Positions 32,327 through 41,967 of a stretch of 42,515 bases of DNA are shown piece after piece (the stretch's first letter is position 1; every line of letters starts with the position of its first letter). Position numbers and translations under genes: made by a program. Source of the stretch: a candidate division FCPU426 bacterium (GTDB lineage Bacteria; Oederibacteriota; PGYV01; Palsa-1178); NCBI GenBank assembly GCA_003167475.1, contig PMTB01000098.1, forward strand, positions 1 to 42,515, written 5' to 3'. Below the pieces are notes generated by a model. It was not told where the DNA came from. It worked only from the letters and a program-made list of their open reading frames with translations, and searched no databases.

Positions 32327-33229
32327 ATGAAACTGTTGATGAAGATCATGTTGGTTGTTTTGGCTTTTGCGTTGTCGGTAACCGCGTGTTTCGCGGATGA
32401 TGAGCTTATCATGGGCATCATACCGGCTGAAAACCCGGATATGATGGTCAAGCAGTACACCCCCATGGTGAACTGGCTCTCCCTGAAAATGGGCAGAAAG
32501 ATAAAGATAATAACGGCGACGGATTACACCGGAGTCGTCGAGGCCATGAGGGCCAAGAAAGTCGACATCGCATGGTTCGGGCCTTTTTCGTACGTAATGG
32601 CCAATGAAAGGGCCGGCGCCGAGGCGGTTGCGGTCGGCATAGACAAGAACGGGATATCCACCTATAAATCATACCTTGTGACAACGCCGGAAATGGCAAA
32701 ACAGCTCGGCATAACCAAGCCGGAAAAAGGCGAAGCCGGAATGAAGGCGATATTTGAAAAACTTGAGCCGTTCAAAAAAAAGGTCAGCTTCACATTTACC
32801 GACCCGGCTTCGACATCGGGTTACGCGATCCCCAGGTATTACATGAACCTTGTTGGTATTGACCCGAAAGATTATTTTAAATCAGTGGGTTTTGTGGGCA
32901 CGCATGATGCCGCGGAACTTGTGGTAAAGAACAAGATCATCCAGATGGCATCGGATAACAATATCAATTACGCGAAGATGGAAAAAACGAACCTGATATC
33001 CAAGGCAACCAACGTGATAATCTGGGAATCCCCTGAACTGCCCGGTTCACCGCTGGCCATAAGGTCCGACCTGCCCCAGAGCGTTAAGGATGACTTTAAA
33101 AAGTATATCCAGGAAATCCCCAAGGACATAGTGACCGGTTACGGCGAGGTCACAGGGTACCAGATAGTGACGGATGACGATTTCAAGGTCATTAAAGACG
33201 TAAAAAAAGTAATAGATTCGCTGAAGTAA
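32327..33229 (+). CDS. phnD: Phosphonate ABC transporter substrate-binding protein PhnD
   Basis: Signal peptide, then LIMGIIPAENP...DIAWFGPFSYV...FTDPASTSGY, the PhnD/PtxB family signature. Confidence 0.9.
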   Translation: MKLLMKIMLVVLAFALSVTACFADDELIMGIIPAENPDMMVKQYTPMVNWLSLKMGRKIKIITATDYTGVVEAMRAKKVDIAWFGPFSYVMANERAGAEAVAVGIDKNGISTYKSYLVTTPEMAKQLGITKPEKGEAGMKAIFEKLEPFKKKVSFTFTDPASTSGYAIPRYYMNLVGIDPKDYFKSVGFVGTHDAAELVVKNKIIQMASDNNINYAKMEKTNLISKATNVIIWESPELPGSPLAIRSDLPQSVKDDFKKYIQEIPKDIVTGYGEVTGYQIVTDDDFKVIKDVKKVIDSLK

Positions 33230-33240
33230 GGAAAAAACAT

Positions 33241-33996
33241 ATGATAAAGATCAGGTCCTATTCAAAAAATTTCAAGGAGCACGCGGTACTGACCGACATT
33301 AACATCGATATCAGGGAAGGCGAGAACACGGTGCTTATCGGCGCCAGCGGGTCGGGAAAGACCACGCTGGTAAGGAGCATCAACGGTATGGTCGTCCCTG
33401 ATTCGGGGGAGGTCTATGTCGGCAATGAACGCATCCAGTTCAAGAATAAAAAGGCGCTCAGGAACAAAAGGAAGCACATAGGGATGATATACCAGCATTT
33501 TAATCTCGTGGAGAGGACAACCGCGCTCCACAATGTGCTTACAGGGGCCCTTGGCCGGCTTGACACCGGGATGGACCTGTTCAGGTCATCGCTCGGATTT
33601 TTTGAAAAAAAGGACAAAGAAAAAGCCTGCGAAATGCTGAGTTTTGTGAAGATAGAGGACAAACAGGACAAAAGGGTCGACAAACTCAGCGGAGGCGAGA
33701 AACAGAGGGTGGCCATAGCAAGGGCTTTGATGCAGGAGCCCAAAGTGATGCTTGCGGACGAACCGACCGCGAACCTCGACCCGGAAACATCAAAGAACAT
33801 CATCAAACTGCTCATGAAAATAAACAGGGAAAAAGGCGTAACCCTTGTGGCGGTGCTTCACGACGTGGAAACGGCAAGGAATTATTTTGACAGGGTCATA
33901 GCTTTGCGCGGCGGAAAAGTATATTTTGACGGCAAGACACGCGACCTGAAAGACAGCTGCGTGCGCGAAATATATGGCATGGAAAAGGCAAACTGA
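33241..33996 (+). CDS. phnC: Phosphonate ABC transporter ATPase PhnC
   Basis: Walker A GASGSGKTT, signature LSGGEKQRVAIARAL and Walker B MLADEPTANLD, with IGMIYQHFNLV typical of PhnC. Confidence 0.9.
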   Translation: MIKIRSYSKNFKEHAVLTDINIDIREGENTVLIGASGSGKTTLVRSINGMVVPDSGEVYVGNERIQFKNKKALRNKRKHIGMIYQHFNLVERTTALHNVLTGALGRLDTGMDLFRSSLGFFEKKDKEKACEMLSFVKIEDKQDKRVDKLSGGEKQRVAIARALMQEPKVMLADEPTANLDPETSKNIIKLLMKINREKGVTLVAVLHDVETARNYFDRVIALRGGKVYFDGKTRDLKDSCVREIYGMEKAN

Positions 33997-33999
33997 ACC

Positions 34000-35550
34000 A
34001 TGGACAAGACTAAAATTGCGGGGCCCATGGCTGTGAATATCGCAGCCTGGGCCCTGTTTTTACTGGTCTTAACCGCCTGTTTTATAAGGACGGAATGCAA
34101 CCCCGCGCACCTTATCGGCGGCATTCCATGGATATTGTCACTGGTCAGGGAAATGTTCCCCCCTGATTTTTCAAGGTGGAGGGAATATTTGCGCCTTACA
34201 ATGGAAACCGTCGCGATGGGATTATGGGGTACTCTTTTTGCCCTTATAATATCATTTCCAATGTCTTTCCTGGGCGCGGTGAATACTTCGCCGAATAAGG
34301 TATTGCAGGCTGTTGTAAAGTCCTTTTTCACTTTCCTGCGGGCGATACCCGAGCTTGTTTACGCACTGATCTTCGTATTTTCCATCGGCTTCGGGGTGCT
34401 GCCGGGCATACTGACACTCACATTGGCCTCCACCGGAATGCTGGGAAAATTCTTTGTGGAAGCCATAGAAAGCGTGGACCCAAAAACCATCGAGGCGGTA
34501 CAGGCAACCGGAGGTCATCACGCGGGCATTTTAAGGCACGCGGTTTTCCCCCAGGTTTTCCCGCTTTTTATCGGATATGTCCTTTATACCTTTGACCATA
34601 ACGTAAGGACGGCCATGGCCATCGGCATAATCGGCGCGGGCGGGCTCGGGCTGGAACTTTTCCGCACAATGCAGACCTTCAAGTACCCGCAGGTATTTGC
34701 CATCCTGATCATCATGTTCGTGATTGTAACTCTGGTTGACAGGGTCTCGCTGTATATGAGGAACAAAATAATATCGGGCGAGGTGCTTGAAAAAGGCAAT
34801 AAGGCCCTCTTCATTTCGGTTTCATGGATTGTCGTTGCGGCGTGCGCCGGGCTTTTGATATGCGTGCCACTGGACTTTGGACAGTTGATAAAAGGTATGC
34901 CGTTCTTATTTGATTTTGTGTCAAAAACATTCCCCCCGGACTTTTCGGATATGCCTAAGTACCTGGGGCTCATCGTGGACACGCTTGCCATAGGCGTCAG
35001 TGGCACCGCAATAGCGATAATAATTTCAATACCGCTCGGGATACTGGCGTCAAAAAACTTTGCGCGTTATCCGGTAGTGTTCAACATAGCGAAAGAAATA
35101 ATAAATTTTTGCAGGGCCATAGGTGATGTGGTTTTTGCACTCATATTTGTAGTCGCGGTCGGGTTGGGGCCATTTGCCGGGGTGCTGGCCCTGGGGGTGC
35201 ATTCGGCGGGCTTGCTTGCGAAATTTTACGCCGAAGCAATAGAGAACATCGACAATAAACCCAAAGAAGCCGTTGAAGCGACCGGGGCCAGGACGATACA
35301 GGTGATAAGGCACGCCGTCTTTCCGCAGATCATGCCGCTTTTTAACAGCTACAACCTTTACATCCTGGACAGGAACATAAGGACATCGACGGTACTCGGG
35401 CTTGTAGGCGCGGGCGGGATAGGCTTTGAGCTTACAATGGGAATAAGGCTGTTCCAGTACAACAAGGTGCTGGCGCTGCTGATAATAGTTATGACCACGA
35501 TATTCATCGTGGACAAGATATCGGAACATATAAGAAAAAAAATCGTTTAA
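34000..35550 (+). CDS. phnE: Phosphonate ABC transporter permease, tandem-fused PhnE-PhnE
   Basis: The 516-aa protein has two internally homologous halves. Each carries PPDFS..., TLAIG/TVAMG, EAIE(S/N)(V/I)D...EA(V)(Q/E)ATG and RHAVFPQ(V/I). Confidence 0.85.
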   Translation: MDKTKIAGPMAVNIAAWALFLLVLTACFIRTECNPAHLIGGIPWILSLVREMFPPDFSRWREYLRLTMETVAMGLWGTLFALIISFPMSFLGAVNTSPNKVLQAVVKSFFTFLRAIPELVYALIFVFSIGFGVLPGILTLTLASTGMLGKFFVEAIESVDPKTIEAVQATGGHHAGILRHAVFPQVFPLFIGYVLYTFDHNVRTAMAIGIIGAGGLGLELFRTMQTFKYPQVFAILIIMFVIVTLVDRVSLYMRNKIISGEVLEKGNKALFISVSWIVVAACAGLLICVPLDFGQLIKGMPFLFDFVSKTFPPDFSDMPKYLGLIVDTLAIGVSGTAIAIIISIPLGILASKNFARYPVVFNIAKEIINFCRAIGDVVFALIFVVAVGLGPFAGVLALGVHSAGLLAKFYAEAIENIDNKPKEAVEATGARTIQVIRHAVFPQIMPLFNSYNLYILDRNIRTSTVLGLVGAGGIGFELTMGIRLFQYNKVLALLIIVMTTIFIVDKISEHIRKKIV

Positions 35551-35561
35551 AGGAGCCGGAC

Positions 35562-36002
35562 ATGGAGGAAAATAATTTGAGCGAGCGGATGCGGGAAATT
35601 GCCGGGAGCCTTGATGACGGCTCATTCATTGGGCTGCATGACGCGGTTATGAAAACAGGCGCGGAATTTATCAGGCGGCCTGAAACAGGCTTATTAATGA
35701 TGGAATTTAAAGACACCTTTGACACGGGTTTTTATCTCGGCGAAGTTTTGATAACCGAGGCAATGGCTGAACTCAACGGCCACAAGGGGTATGCCATGGT
35801 CCTTGGGGACTGCCCGGTAAAGACAGAGGTATTGGCGGTAATGGAAGCGGTGGGAAAAAATATGGATAAGCACGCCGGAATAATTGAGGAAATAAAAAAA
35901 GAACTTGGGATTCTTGAAGGCAGGGCGGGAATATCAGTCAAAACGGAAAATGCTTTTATTTCGAGCACAAAAGTGAATTTTGAAAGCATGAGGAAGGGAT
36001 AA
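35562..36002 (+). CDS. phnG: C-P lyase core complex subunit PhnG
   Basis: RPETGLLMMEFKDTFDTGFYLGEVLITEA matches the PhnG core (PexGLvM...FnLGE.tvT). Position in the phnGHIJ order agrees. Confidence 0.85.
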   Translation: MEENNLSERMREIAGSLDDGSFIGLHDAVMKTGAEFIRRPETGLLMMEFKDTFDTGFYLGEVLITEAMAELNGHKGYAMVLGDCPVKTEVLAVMEAVGKNMDKHAGIIEEIKKELGILEGRAGISVKTENAFISSTKVNFESMRKG

Positions 36003-36005
36003 AAA

Positions 36006-36569
36006 ATGGGAACCGACATTAAAATTGCAAGGAATCAGGGGACTTTCCGGGAATTGATGAACGCTTTTGCGAGGCCGGGCTCATTGGCGGCAATAACACC
36101 GTCAAGCGAGGGGTTGTTAATGGACGTCCTGGATGTTTTGCTGGACCATGAGGTTTCTTTCTGCGTCCTGGGGAAAAACAAAGAGTCGATGGAACCTGAG
36201 ATAACCGCCGTAACAGGCTCAAGGACTGCCGATACAGGCAGCGCGGATTTTGTCATTTTTGCGGCCGGGGACACGGGGGACGAACTTTACAAGGTGAAGA
36301 GGGGCTCGCTGGAGTATCCGGACAAAGGAGCCACGGTCATATATTACGGAGCCGTACTGGATGAAAACAAAAAAATCGCGGACCACTCATTCAAAGGCCC
36401 GGGTATAGCGGCCGGGACCGGCTTCACCGCTCCGGGGATACCCGAGGGAGAATTGAAAAAACTCTCGGAAATTAATTCCGAATATCCGCTCGGCGTGGAT
36501 ACGGTTATTATATCCGAAAATAATATTCTGTGCATTCCAAGGTCGTCTAAGATCGGGGTGGTGAAATAA
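36006..36569 (+). CDS. phnH: C-P lyase core complex subunit PhnH
   Basis: The N-terminal FRELMNAFARPGS motif is typical of PhnH. Its stop abuts the phnI start. Confidence 0.85.
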   Translation: MGTDIKIARNQGTFRELMNAFARPGSLAAITPSSEGLLMDVLDVLLDHEVSFCVLGKNKESMEPEITAVTGSRTADTGSADFVIFAAGDTGDELYKVKRGSLEYPDKGATVIYYGAVLDENKKIADHSFKGPGIAAGTGFTAPGIPEGELKKLSEINSEYPLGVDTVIISENNILCIPRSSKIGVVK

Positions 36570-37654
36570 TGGGGTACATAGCGGTAAAAGGCGGCAAAGA
36601 CGCAATAGAAAATGCGGAGAAATACCTCGAATTCCAAAGGCTGAAGGGCGCCTCCGACGACCTGTCCATAGGGCAGATAAAGGACCAACTGTACCTCGCG
36701 GTGGACAGGATAATGAGCGAAGGGTCTTTATACGCGCCCGAGCTTGCGGCGCTGGCATTTAAACAGGCGGCCGGGGATACGCTTGAGGCGTCATTCATAT
36801 TAAGGGCGTACAGGACGACAAAACCCAGGGTGGGATATTCACTGCCGTGCGACACTAAAAAAATGAAGGTTATCCGCAGGATATCCGCCGCTTTCAAGGA
36901 CATACCGGGCGGGCAGATACTGGGCCCGACATCCGATTATACTTTGAAGCTGCTGGATTTCGGGCTTGAAGAGGCGGACAATGCAAAAAGAAAAGCCGAA
37001 CTTGAAAAACTATTGGGCGATATCGTCAATTATAAGGATTACGAAGACATAGGCGAGCTTCCCAGGGTCATTGATATGTTAAGGAAGGAAGGCCTCGTCA
37101 TTGAGAACAAGAGGACAAAGCAAGAAGATATATTTGATATTACCAGGGAATCAAATGTTTTTCCGGCCTCAAGGAGCGCCTCATTACAGACCATGGCCAG
37201 GGGCGAAACTGGCGGCCTGCTTCTTTTGGCGTATTCGAATGTCCGCGGTTACGGCGACATACACCCGGCTCTCGGGGAACTTCGGGTTGGCTATGTGCCG
37301 GTCATGATAACTCATCCTTTGACGAAAGAACCCTATGAAATAGGAAAGGTGAAAATTACGGAGGCCGAGATAATCGCCCGCTTTAATGTAGAGGGGGAAA
37401 AACCAAAATTCTCCCTCGGGTACGGGGTTTGTTTCGGGCACAACGAGGTAAAAGCCATATCAATGGCCATACTGGACAGGGCCATGGCGACAAGCGGGGC
37501 AAAACACGCGTCGAATGACCAGGAATTTGTGCTGTCGCATGTCGACGGTATAGAATCCATGGGCTTTACAATTCACTGGAAACTTCCTCATTATGTAACT
37601 TTTCTGTCGGACCTCGATCGCCTGAGGAAGGCACAGGAGGTATCGGGAAAATGA
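36569..37654 (+). CDS. phnI: C-P lyase subunit PhnI (nucleosidase component)
   Basis: N-terminus MGYIAVKGGKDAIENAEKYL (family: MYVAVKGGExAI). It has the expected ~360-aa length and overlaps phnJ by 4 nt. Confidence 0.9.
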   Translation: MGYIAVKGGKDAIENAEKYLEFQRLKGASDDLSIGQIKDQLYLAVDRIMSEGSLYAPELAALAFKQAAGDTLEASFILRAYRTTKPRVGYSLPCDTKKMKVIRRISAAFKDIPGGQILGPTSDYTLKLLDFGLEEADNAKRKAELEKLLGDIVNYKDYEDIGELPRVIDMLRKEGLVIENKRTKQEDIFDITRESNVFPASRSASLQTMARGETGGLLLLAYSNVRGYGDIHPALGELRVGYVPVMITHPLTKEPYEIGKVKITEAEIIARFNVEGEKPKFSLGYGVCFGHNEVKAISMAILDRAMATSGAKHASNDQEFVLSHVDGIESMGFTIHWKLPHYVTFLSDLDRLRKAQEVSGK

Positions 37655-38523
37655 ACTCAGCTGCTGAAAAAATCGATGGAAAGAACGGCTACAATTTCGC
37701 GTTCCTCGATGAGAACGCGAAGAAAGAGATACGCCGGAGAATACTTAAGGCTATTTCAATACCGGGATACCAGGTGCCGTTTGGCTCGCGTGAGCTGCCG
37801 ATAGCGCGCGGATGGGGCACTGGAGGCCTGCAGATTACCCTCTCTATAATAGGGAAAAGCGATATTTTAAAGGTCATTGACCAGGGGTGCGACGACAGCG
37901 TGAACGCGGTCAATATCAGGCGGTTCATCAAAAGCGTGACAGGCGTTGAAATGACAACCGACACGGAAAGGGCCACTCTGGTGCAGACCAGGCACAGGAT
38001 ACCGGAAAAACCGCTCACAAAGGACCAGGTGATCATTTTCCAGGTCCCGTTCCCGGAGCCATTAAGGACAGTGGAACCGTCCGAGGCGGAAACCAGGAGG
38101 ATGCACGCAGAGGCCGATTACAGCCGGATGTGGCTTTATCTTTATGAGGACATCGTGAAATGCGGGGAAATAAGCATAGGCGCCAGGTACCCGGTTTTTG
38201 TCAATAACCGCTATATCATGGACCCGAGCCCCATTCCCAGGTGGGATATTGAAAAACTTAATAATTCCGAATGCCTCAACCTTTTTTGCGCAGGCAGGGA
38301 AAAAAGGATATATGCCATACCCCCGCGCACGTCCGTAAAGCCGCTTGAGTTCGAGGACTTCAGGTTCAGGATCGAGGATTTTAAGGGGAACAAATGCGAA
38401 AAATGCGGCAGCGCAAATTCATACCTGGATGAAACGATCGACGAAGCCGCCGGCACAAGGCATTATTATTGTTCGGACGCGGATTACTGTGAAAAAAACC
38501 TGAATAACGCGGTGAGAAAATGA
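37651..38523 (+). CDS. phnJ: Radical SAM C-P lyase PhnJ
   Basis: YNFAFLDE...IPGYQVPFGSRELPIARGWGTGGLQ, plus the C-terminal Cys cluster CEKCGS...YYCSDADYC. Confidence 0.9.
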   Translation: MNSAAEKIDGKNGYNFAFLDENAKKEIRRRILKAISIPGYQVPFGSRELPIARGWGTGGLQITLSIIGKSDILKVIDQGCDDSVNAVNIRRFIKSVTGVEMTTDTERATLVQTRHRIPEKPLTKDQVIIFQVPFPEPLRTVEPSEAETRRMHAEADYSRMWLYLYEDIVKCGEISIGARYPVFVNNRYIMDPSPIPRWDIEKLNNSECLNLFCAGREKRIYAIPPRTSVKPLEFEDFRFRIEDFKGNKCEKCGSANSYLDETIDEAAGTRHYYCSDADYCEKNLNNAVRK

Positions 38524-39395
38524 TTAAAAAACCGGTTTTAAAAGCCAGGAATATCACAAAAATATTCGGGAAAGGATGCCCGACCTGCCTTGATGATGAT
38601 TCGGATTTTGAGGGCAACATTTGTCCGGACTGTAAATCCGTGGTCGGGTGCAAAAATATTTCTTTTGACCTGTATCCCAACGAAGTGCTGGGTATAGTGG
38701 GCGAAAGCGGCTCGGGAAAGTCAACCCTGGTCAGGATGCTTTACCTTGACATCGAGCCGACCAAGGGGGAAATGTTCCTTGAGTTTGACGGGGACTTAGG
38801 AGATGACGGATTCTCGGGCCTGCCTGCCCAGGCAATAGGCGCGAATATTTTCAGCGCGAAATCATTTGTCAAAAGGCATATAAAGAACTTTTTTTTCGGG
38901 ATGGTTTACCAGTCCGCCCAACTGGGCCTGAAGCTTGACGTGACAGCCGGCGGCAATATTGTGGAGCGCATGCTTATGGCCAACAACAGGGACATCAAAA
39001 AGATGAGGGCCAGGGCCTCGTACCTCCTGGGTAAAACGGAAATTCCAGTTGAGAGGATGGACGAACCGCCGAAGAATTTCAGCGGCGGCATGCAGCAGAG
39101 GGTACAGATAGCAAAAGCCATTTCCAATGAACCCGCGATCCTGCTCCTGGACGAGGTGACCACAGGGCTTGATGTGTCCGTGCAGGCAAAGGTCCTTGAC
39201 CTTATCCGGACGCTGCAGAACGAGATCAAGGTGTCCATGCTTGTAGTCTCGCATGACCTGGGGGTCATAAGGCTGCTGACGAACAGGACCATAGTGATGA
39301 AGAACGGAAGGATAATCGAGTCGGGATTGACGGACCAGATACTGGAAGACCCGCAGGAAGAATACACGCAGATACTCGTCAACTCGGCGTTATAA
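38520..39395 (+). CDS. phnK: C-P lyase system ATPase PhnK (with an N-terminal Cys4 insertion)
   Basis: VLGIVGESGSGKST, FSGGMQQRVQIAKA, LLLDEVTTGLDVSVQA and the C-terminal PQEEYTQILVNS. The extra segment GCPTCLDDDSDFEGNICPDCKSVVGC precedes Walker A. Confidence 0.9.
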   Translation: MIKKPVLKARNITKIFGKGCPTCLDDDSDFEGNICPDCKSVVGCKNISFDLYPNEVLGIVGESGSGKSTLVRMLYLDIEPTKGEMFLEFDGDLGDDGFSGLPAQAIGANIFSAKSFVKRHIKNFFFGMVYQSAQLGLKLDVTAGGNIVERMLMANNRDIKKMRARASYLLGKTEIPVERMDEPPKNFSGGMQQRVQIAKAISNEPAILLLDEVTTGLDVSVQAKVLDLIRTLQNEIKVSMLVVSHDLGVIRLLTNRTIVMKNGRIIESGLTDQILEDPQEEYTQILVNSAL

Positions 39396-39410
39396 ATATA
39401 GGAGGAAGAA

Positions 39411-40094
39411 ATGGTCAGGATAAACGGATTGTCAAAGGTCTTTAAAATGCACATTCTTAAGGGAAAGACCATCGAGGGTTTTAAGGACGTGACCTGCTCG
39501 GTAAAGCCGGGGCAGGCCCTTGGCATAAAGGGCAAAAGCGGCAAAGGCAAAAGTTCGGTGTTAAAATGCATATACAGGACATACATGCCCAGCAGGGGAG
39601 CCATAGAGTATGATTCGAAAAGTTACGGCGTAATAGACCTTGCCCGCGCCAATGAACATGAAATTATCAATATCAGAAAATCGGAAATAAGCTTTATTAC
39701 ACAATTCCTGCATATAATCCCGAGGGTAACCGCCATTGATGTGGTTGCGGAGCCGCTGCTGGGTTCAGGGGTTGGCGTTGATGAGGCCAGGGAAAGAGCC
39801 GCCGGCGTTCTAACGGAACTGGGGATACCAAAGGCGCTATTCGACGCTTTTCCGTCCACTTTCAGCGGCGGCGAAAAACAAAGGATAAACATTGCCCGGT
39901 CCGTCATCAAAGCGCCGAGGCTGCTTTTAATGGACGAGCCCACGGCTTCGCTGGATAAAAAATCCACGATGACGGTGGTCGAACTGCTTAAGGGTTTAAA
40001 GGCAAAAGGCACGACCATGATCGGAGCTTTCCACGACATGTGGGTGATGGAGCAGATATCGGATTCAATATATGAAATGGACGGTGGGTTATGA
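39411..40094 (+). CDS. phnL: C-P lyase system ATPase PhnL
   Basis: Walker A GKSGKGKSS, FSGGEKQRINIARS and [11 protein letters not shown]. It lies between phnK and phnM. Confidence 0.9.
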   Translation: MVRINGLSKVFKMHILKGKTIEGFKDVTCSVKPGQALGIKGKSGKGKSSVLKCIYRTYMPSRGAIEYDSKSYGVIDLARANEHEIINIRKSEISFITQFLHIIPRVTAIDVVAEPLLGSGVGVDEARERAAGVLTELGIPKALFDAFPSTFSGGEKQRINIARSVIKAPRLLLMDEPTASLDKKSTMTVVELLKGLKAKGTTMIGAFHDMWVMEQISDSIYEMDGGL

Positions 40095-41251
40095 AGAAAA
40101 ATATAATGATAAAGAACGCGCGCGTGGTTACCCCGCGCGGGATAATCGAGAACGGATGCGTGCTGGTGGAGAACGGCAGGATAAAAGCCGTTGGGCAGCA
40201 TATGGCGGAGAACGGAGGGGCGGTTTTTGACGCTTCAAACCGGTATCTTCTCCCTGGGTTTGTCGACCTGCATTGCGACTGCATAGAAAAAGAGATCGAA
40301 CAGAGGCCGGAGAGCTATTTCCCGCCGAATATCTCAATACTTGAAACAGACAAAAAAGCCGTGTCCTCGGGGATCACAACCACTTTTTATTCCCTTTCTT
40401 TTTCCGGGTCCGAGATAGGCTTAAGGTCGAACGGGAAGGCAAAGGAGATAGTGAATGAAATAATGCGCCTGAAAAGCCGCCTTATCGCGGATTCAAGGAT
40501 ACACGCGCGTTTTGAGATAACGGCAACCGAAGCCGTGCCACTGCTCACAGAGCTCATCACGGAAGGCTCGATTGACCTGTTTTCCATCATGGACCACACC
40601 CCGGGGCAGGGCCAGTTCAAGGATGAAAGGTCCTATAAAAATTATTACGGCAAGACATATAAAAAAGACGACAGTTCCATGGAGCAGACCATAAAGGAAA
40701 AAAGGGAGCGGAAAAAGACCGAGGCGCCCGGGAACATAGAGAAGATGATCGGATTGTGCAGGAAACAAAACATCACCATAGCGTCGCATGACGACGATTC
40801 CGCGGAAAGAATAATGTACCTGAAGGAAAAGAACATACCCATATGCGAGTTCCCCGTGAACCTTGATACGGCAAAAAAGGCGCACGAAGAGGGCTTGAGC
40901 GTCATCCTGGGCGCGCCGAACATAATAAAAGGCGGGTCCCACTCGAATAATTTGAGCGCCATAGACGCCATAAAGGACGGCTTCGCGGGCATCATATGCT
41001 CGGATTATATGGCGACTTCCATGCTGTACGCGGTTTTCAAGCTGGCTTCCATGAAAATACTCGGCCTCCACAGCGCCGTGAACATGATCAGCTTGAACCC
41101 GGCAAACGCGGTGAACCTCGGGGAAAGCAAGGGTTCGCTCGAGCCCGGAAAAGACGCGGACATGATACTGGTGGACGACAGTTTCGAGGTGCCTGTCATA
41201 GAGAAAGTTTTTATAAAGGGAGCCGAGGTTTATCACAGGTGCCGGTCATGA
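40091..41251 (+). CDS. phnM: Alpha-D-ribose 1-methylphosphonate 5-triphosphate diphosphatase PhnM (amidohydrolase superfamily)
   Basis: LPGFVDLHCDCIEKE, SIMDHTPGQGQF, ASHDDD and ICSDY match PhnM motifs. ATGA overlaps occur at both ends. Confidence 0.9.
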   Translation: MKKNIMIKNARVVTPRGIIENGCVLVENGRIKAVGQHMAENGGAVFDASNRYLLPGFVDLHCDCIEKEIEQRPESYFPPNISILETDKKAVSSGITTTFYSLSFSGSEIGLRSNGKAKEIVNEIMRLKSRLIADSRIHARFEITATEAVPLLTELITEGSIDLFSIMDHTPGQGQFKDERSYKNYYGKTYKKDDSSMEQTIKEKRERKKTEAPGNIEKMIGLCRKQNITIASHDDDSAERIMYLKEKNIPICEFPVNLDTAKKAHEEGLSVILGAPNIIKGGSHSNNLSAIDAIKDGFAGIICSDYMATSMLYAVFKLASMKILGLHSAVNMISLNPANAVNLGESKGSLEPGKDADMILVDDSFEVPVIEKVFIKGAEVYHRCRS

Positions 41252-41967
41252 AAATAGGGCTGATATCGGACATACACGGAAATTACGCGGCTTTAGGGCA
41301 GGTGATCCGGGAATTAAAGACGGAAGGCGTTGATATCATAGTAAACGCGGGGGACAACGCCGGGTATTCTTCAGGTCATGAAGACTGCGTAAAACTGCTT
41401 ATGGATGAGAACATTCCCGGATGCATGGGGAACTATGACGAAGCCGTTGGCTTTGACAGGCCAATCTGCGGGTGCGGGGAGAGCGATGATGAGGCCCTTA
41501 TGAAAATGCGCGCCGCGTCGCTGAAATGGGCCCGTGAGAACGCCTCGCCAAAGACCAAAAAATACCTGTCGCTGCTGCCGCAAAAACTGGAAATAGCAGC
41601 TGGAAATACCATGATATTGGCGGTCCATGGCGGGCTTGACACCCTCAATGAAATGATCATGAAGGACGAAGTCGGCAAAATGGAAGGTATCGCTGTGAAA
41701 ACCAGCGCGGAAATAGTGGTGATGGGGCATACGCATACGCCGTTTTTTAAAAAAATCAGCGGCAAGATCTTTGTGAATCCGGGTTCTGTGGGGAGGCCCA
41801 TTGATGGTGACCCGAGGGCGTCGTATGGTTTACTGAGGATAGACGGGGACATTCAAGTGGAACTCAGAAGGACCGTTTATGACGTTGAGGGCAATATCAG
41901 GGACTTAACAGCGGCAGGTCTGCCCGCGGAGATAGGCGAAGCGCTGAGGAACGGGCGGGAGATCTGA
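41248..41967 (+). CDS. Calcineurin-like metallophosphoesterase (YfcE/MJ0936-like)
   Basis: The start is set at ATG 41248 (ATGA overlap with the phnM stop). Motifs DIHGN, NAGDNAG, GNYDE, AVHGG and GHTHTP. The listed 40996 start is an out-of-frame overlap of phnM with Arg/Gly-rich nonsense. Confidence 0.8.
   Translation: MKIGLISDIHGNYAALGQVIRELKTEGVDIIVNAGDNAGYSSGHEDCVKLLMDENIPGCMGNYDEAVGFDRPICGCGESDDEALMKMRAASLKWARENASPKTKKYLSLLPQKLEIAAGNTMILAVHGGLDTLNEMIMKDEVGKMEGIAVKTSAEIVVMGHTHTPFFKKISGKIFVNPGSVGRPIDGDPRASYGLLRIDGDIQVELRRTVYDVEGNIRDLTAAGLPAEIGEALRNGREI

Noticed and set aside
40996-41247. N-terminal 84-aa extension of the metallophosphoesterase ORF overlapping phnM
   Set aside because: It overlaps the 3' end of phnM out of frame and is Arg/Gly/His-rich. 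The phosphoesterase domain begins at MKIGLISDIHGN, whose ATG (41248) forms an ATGA overlap with the phnM stop.
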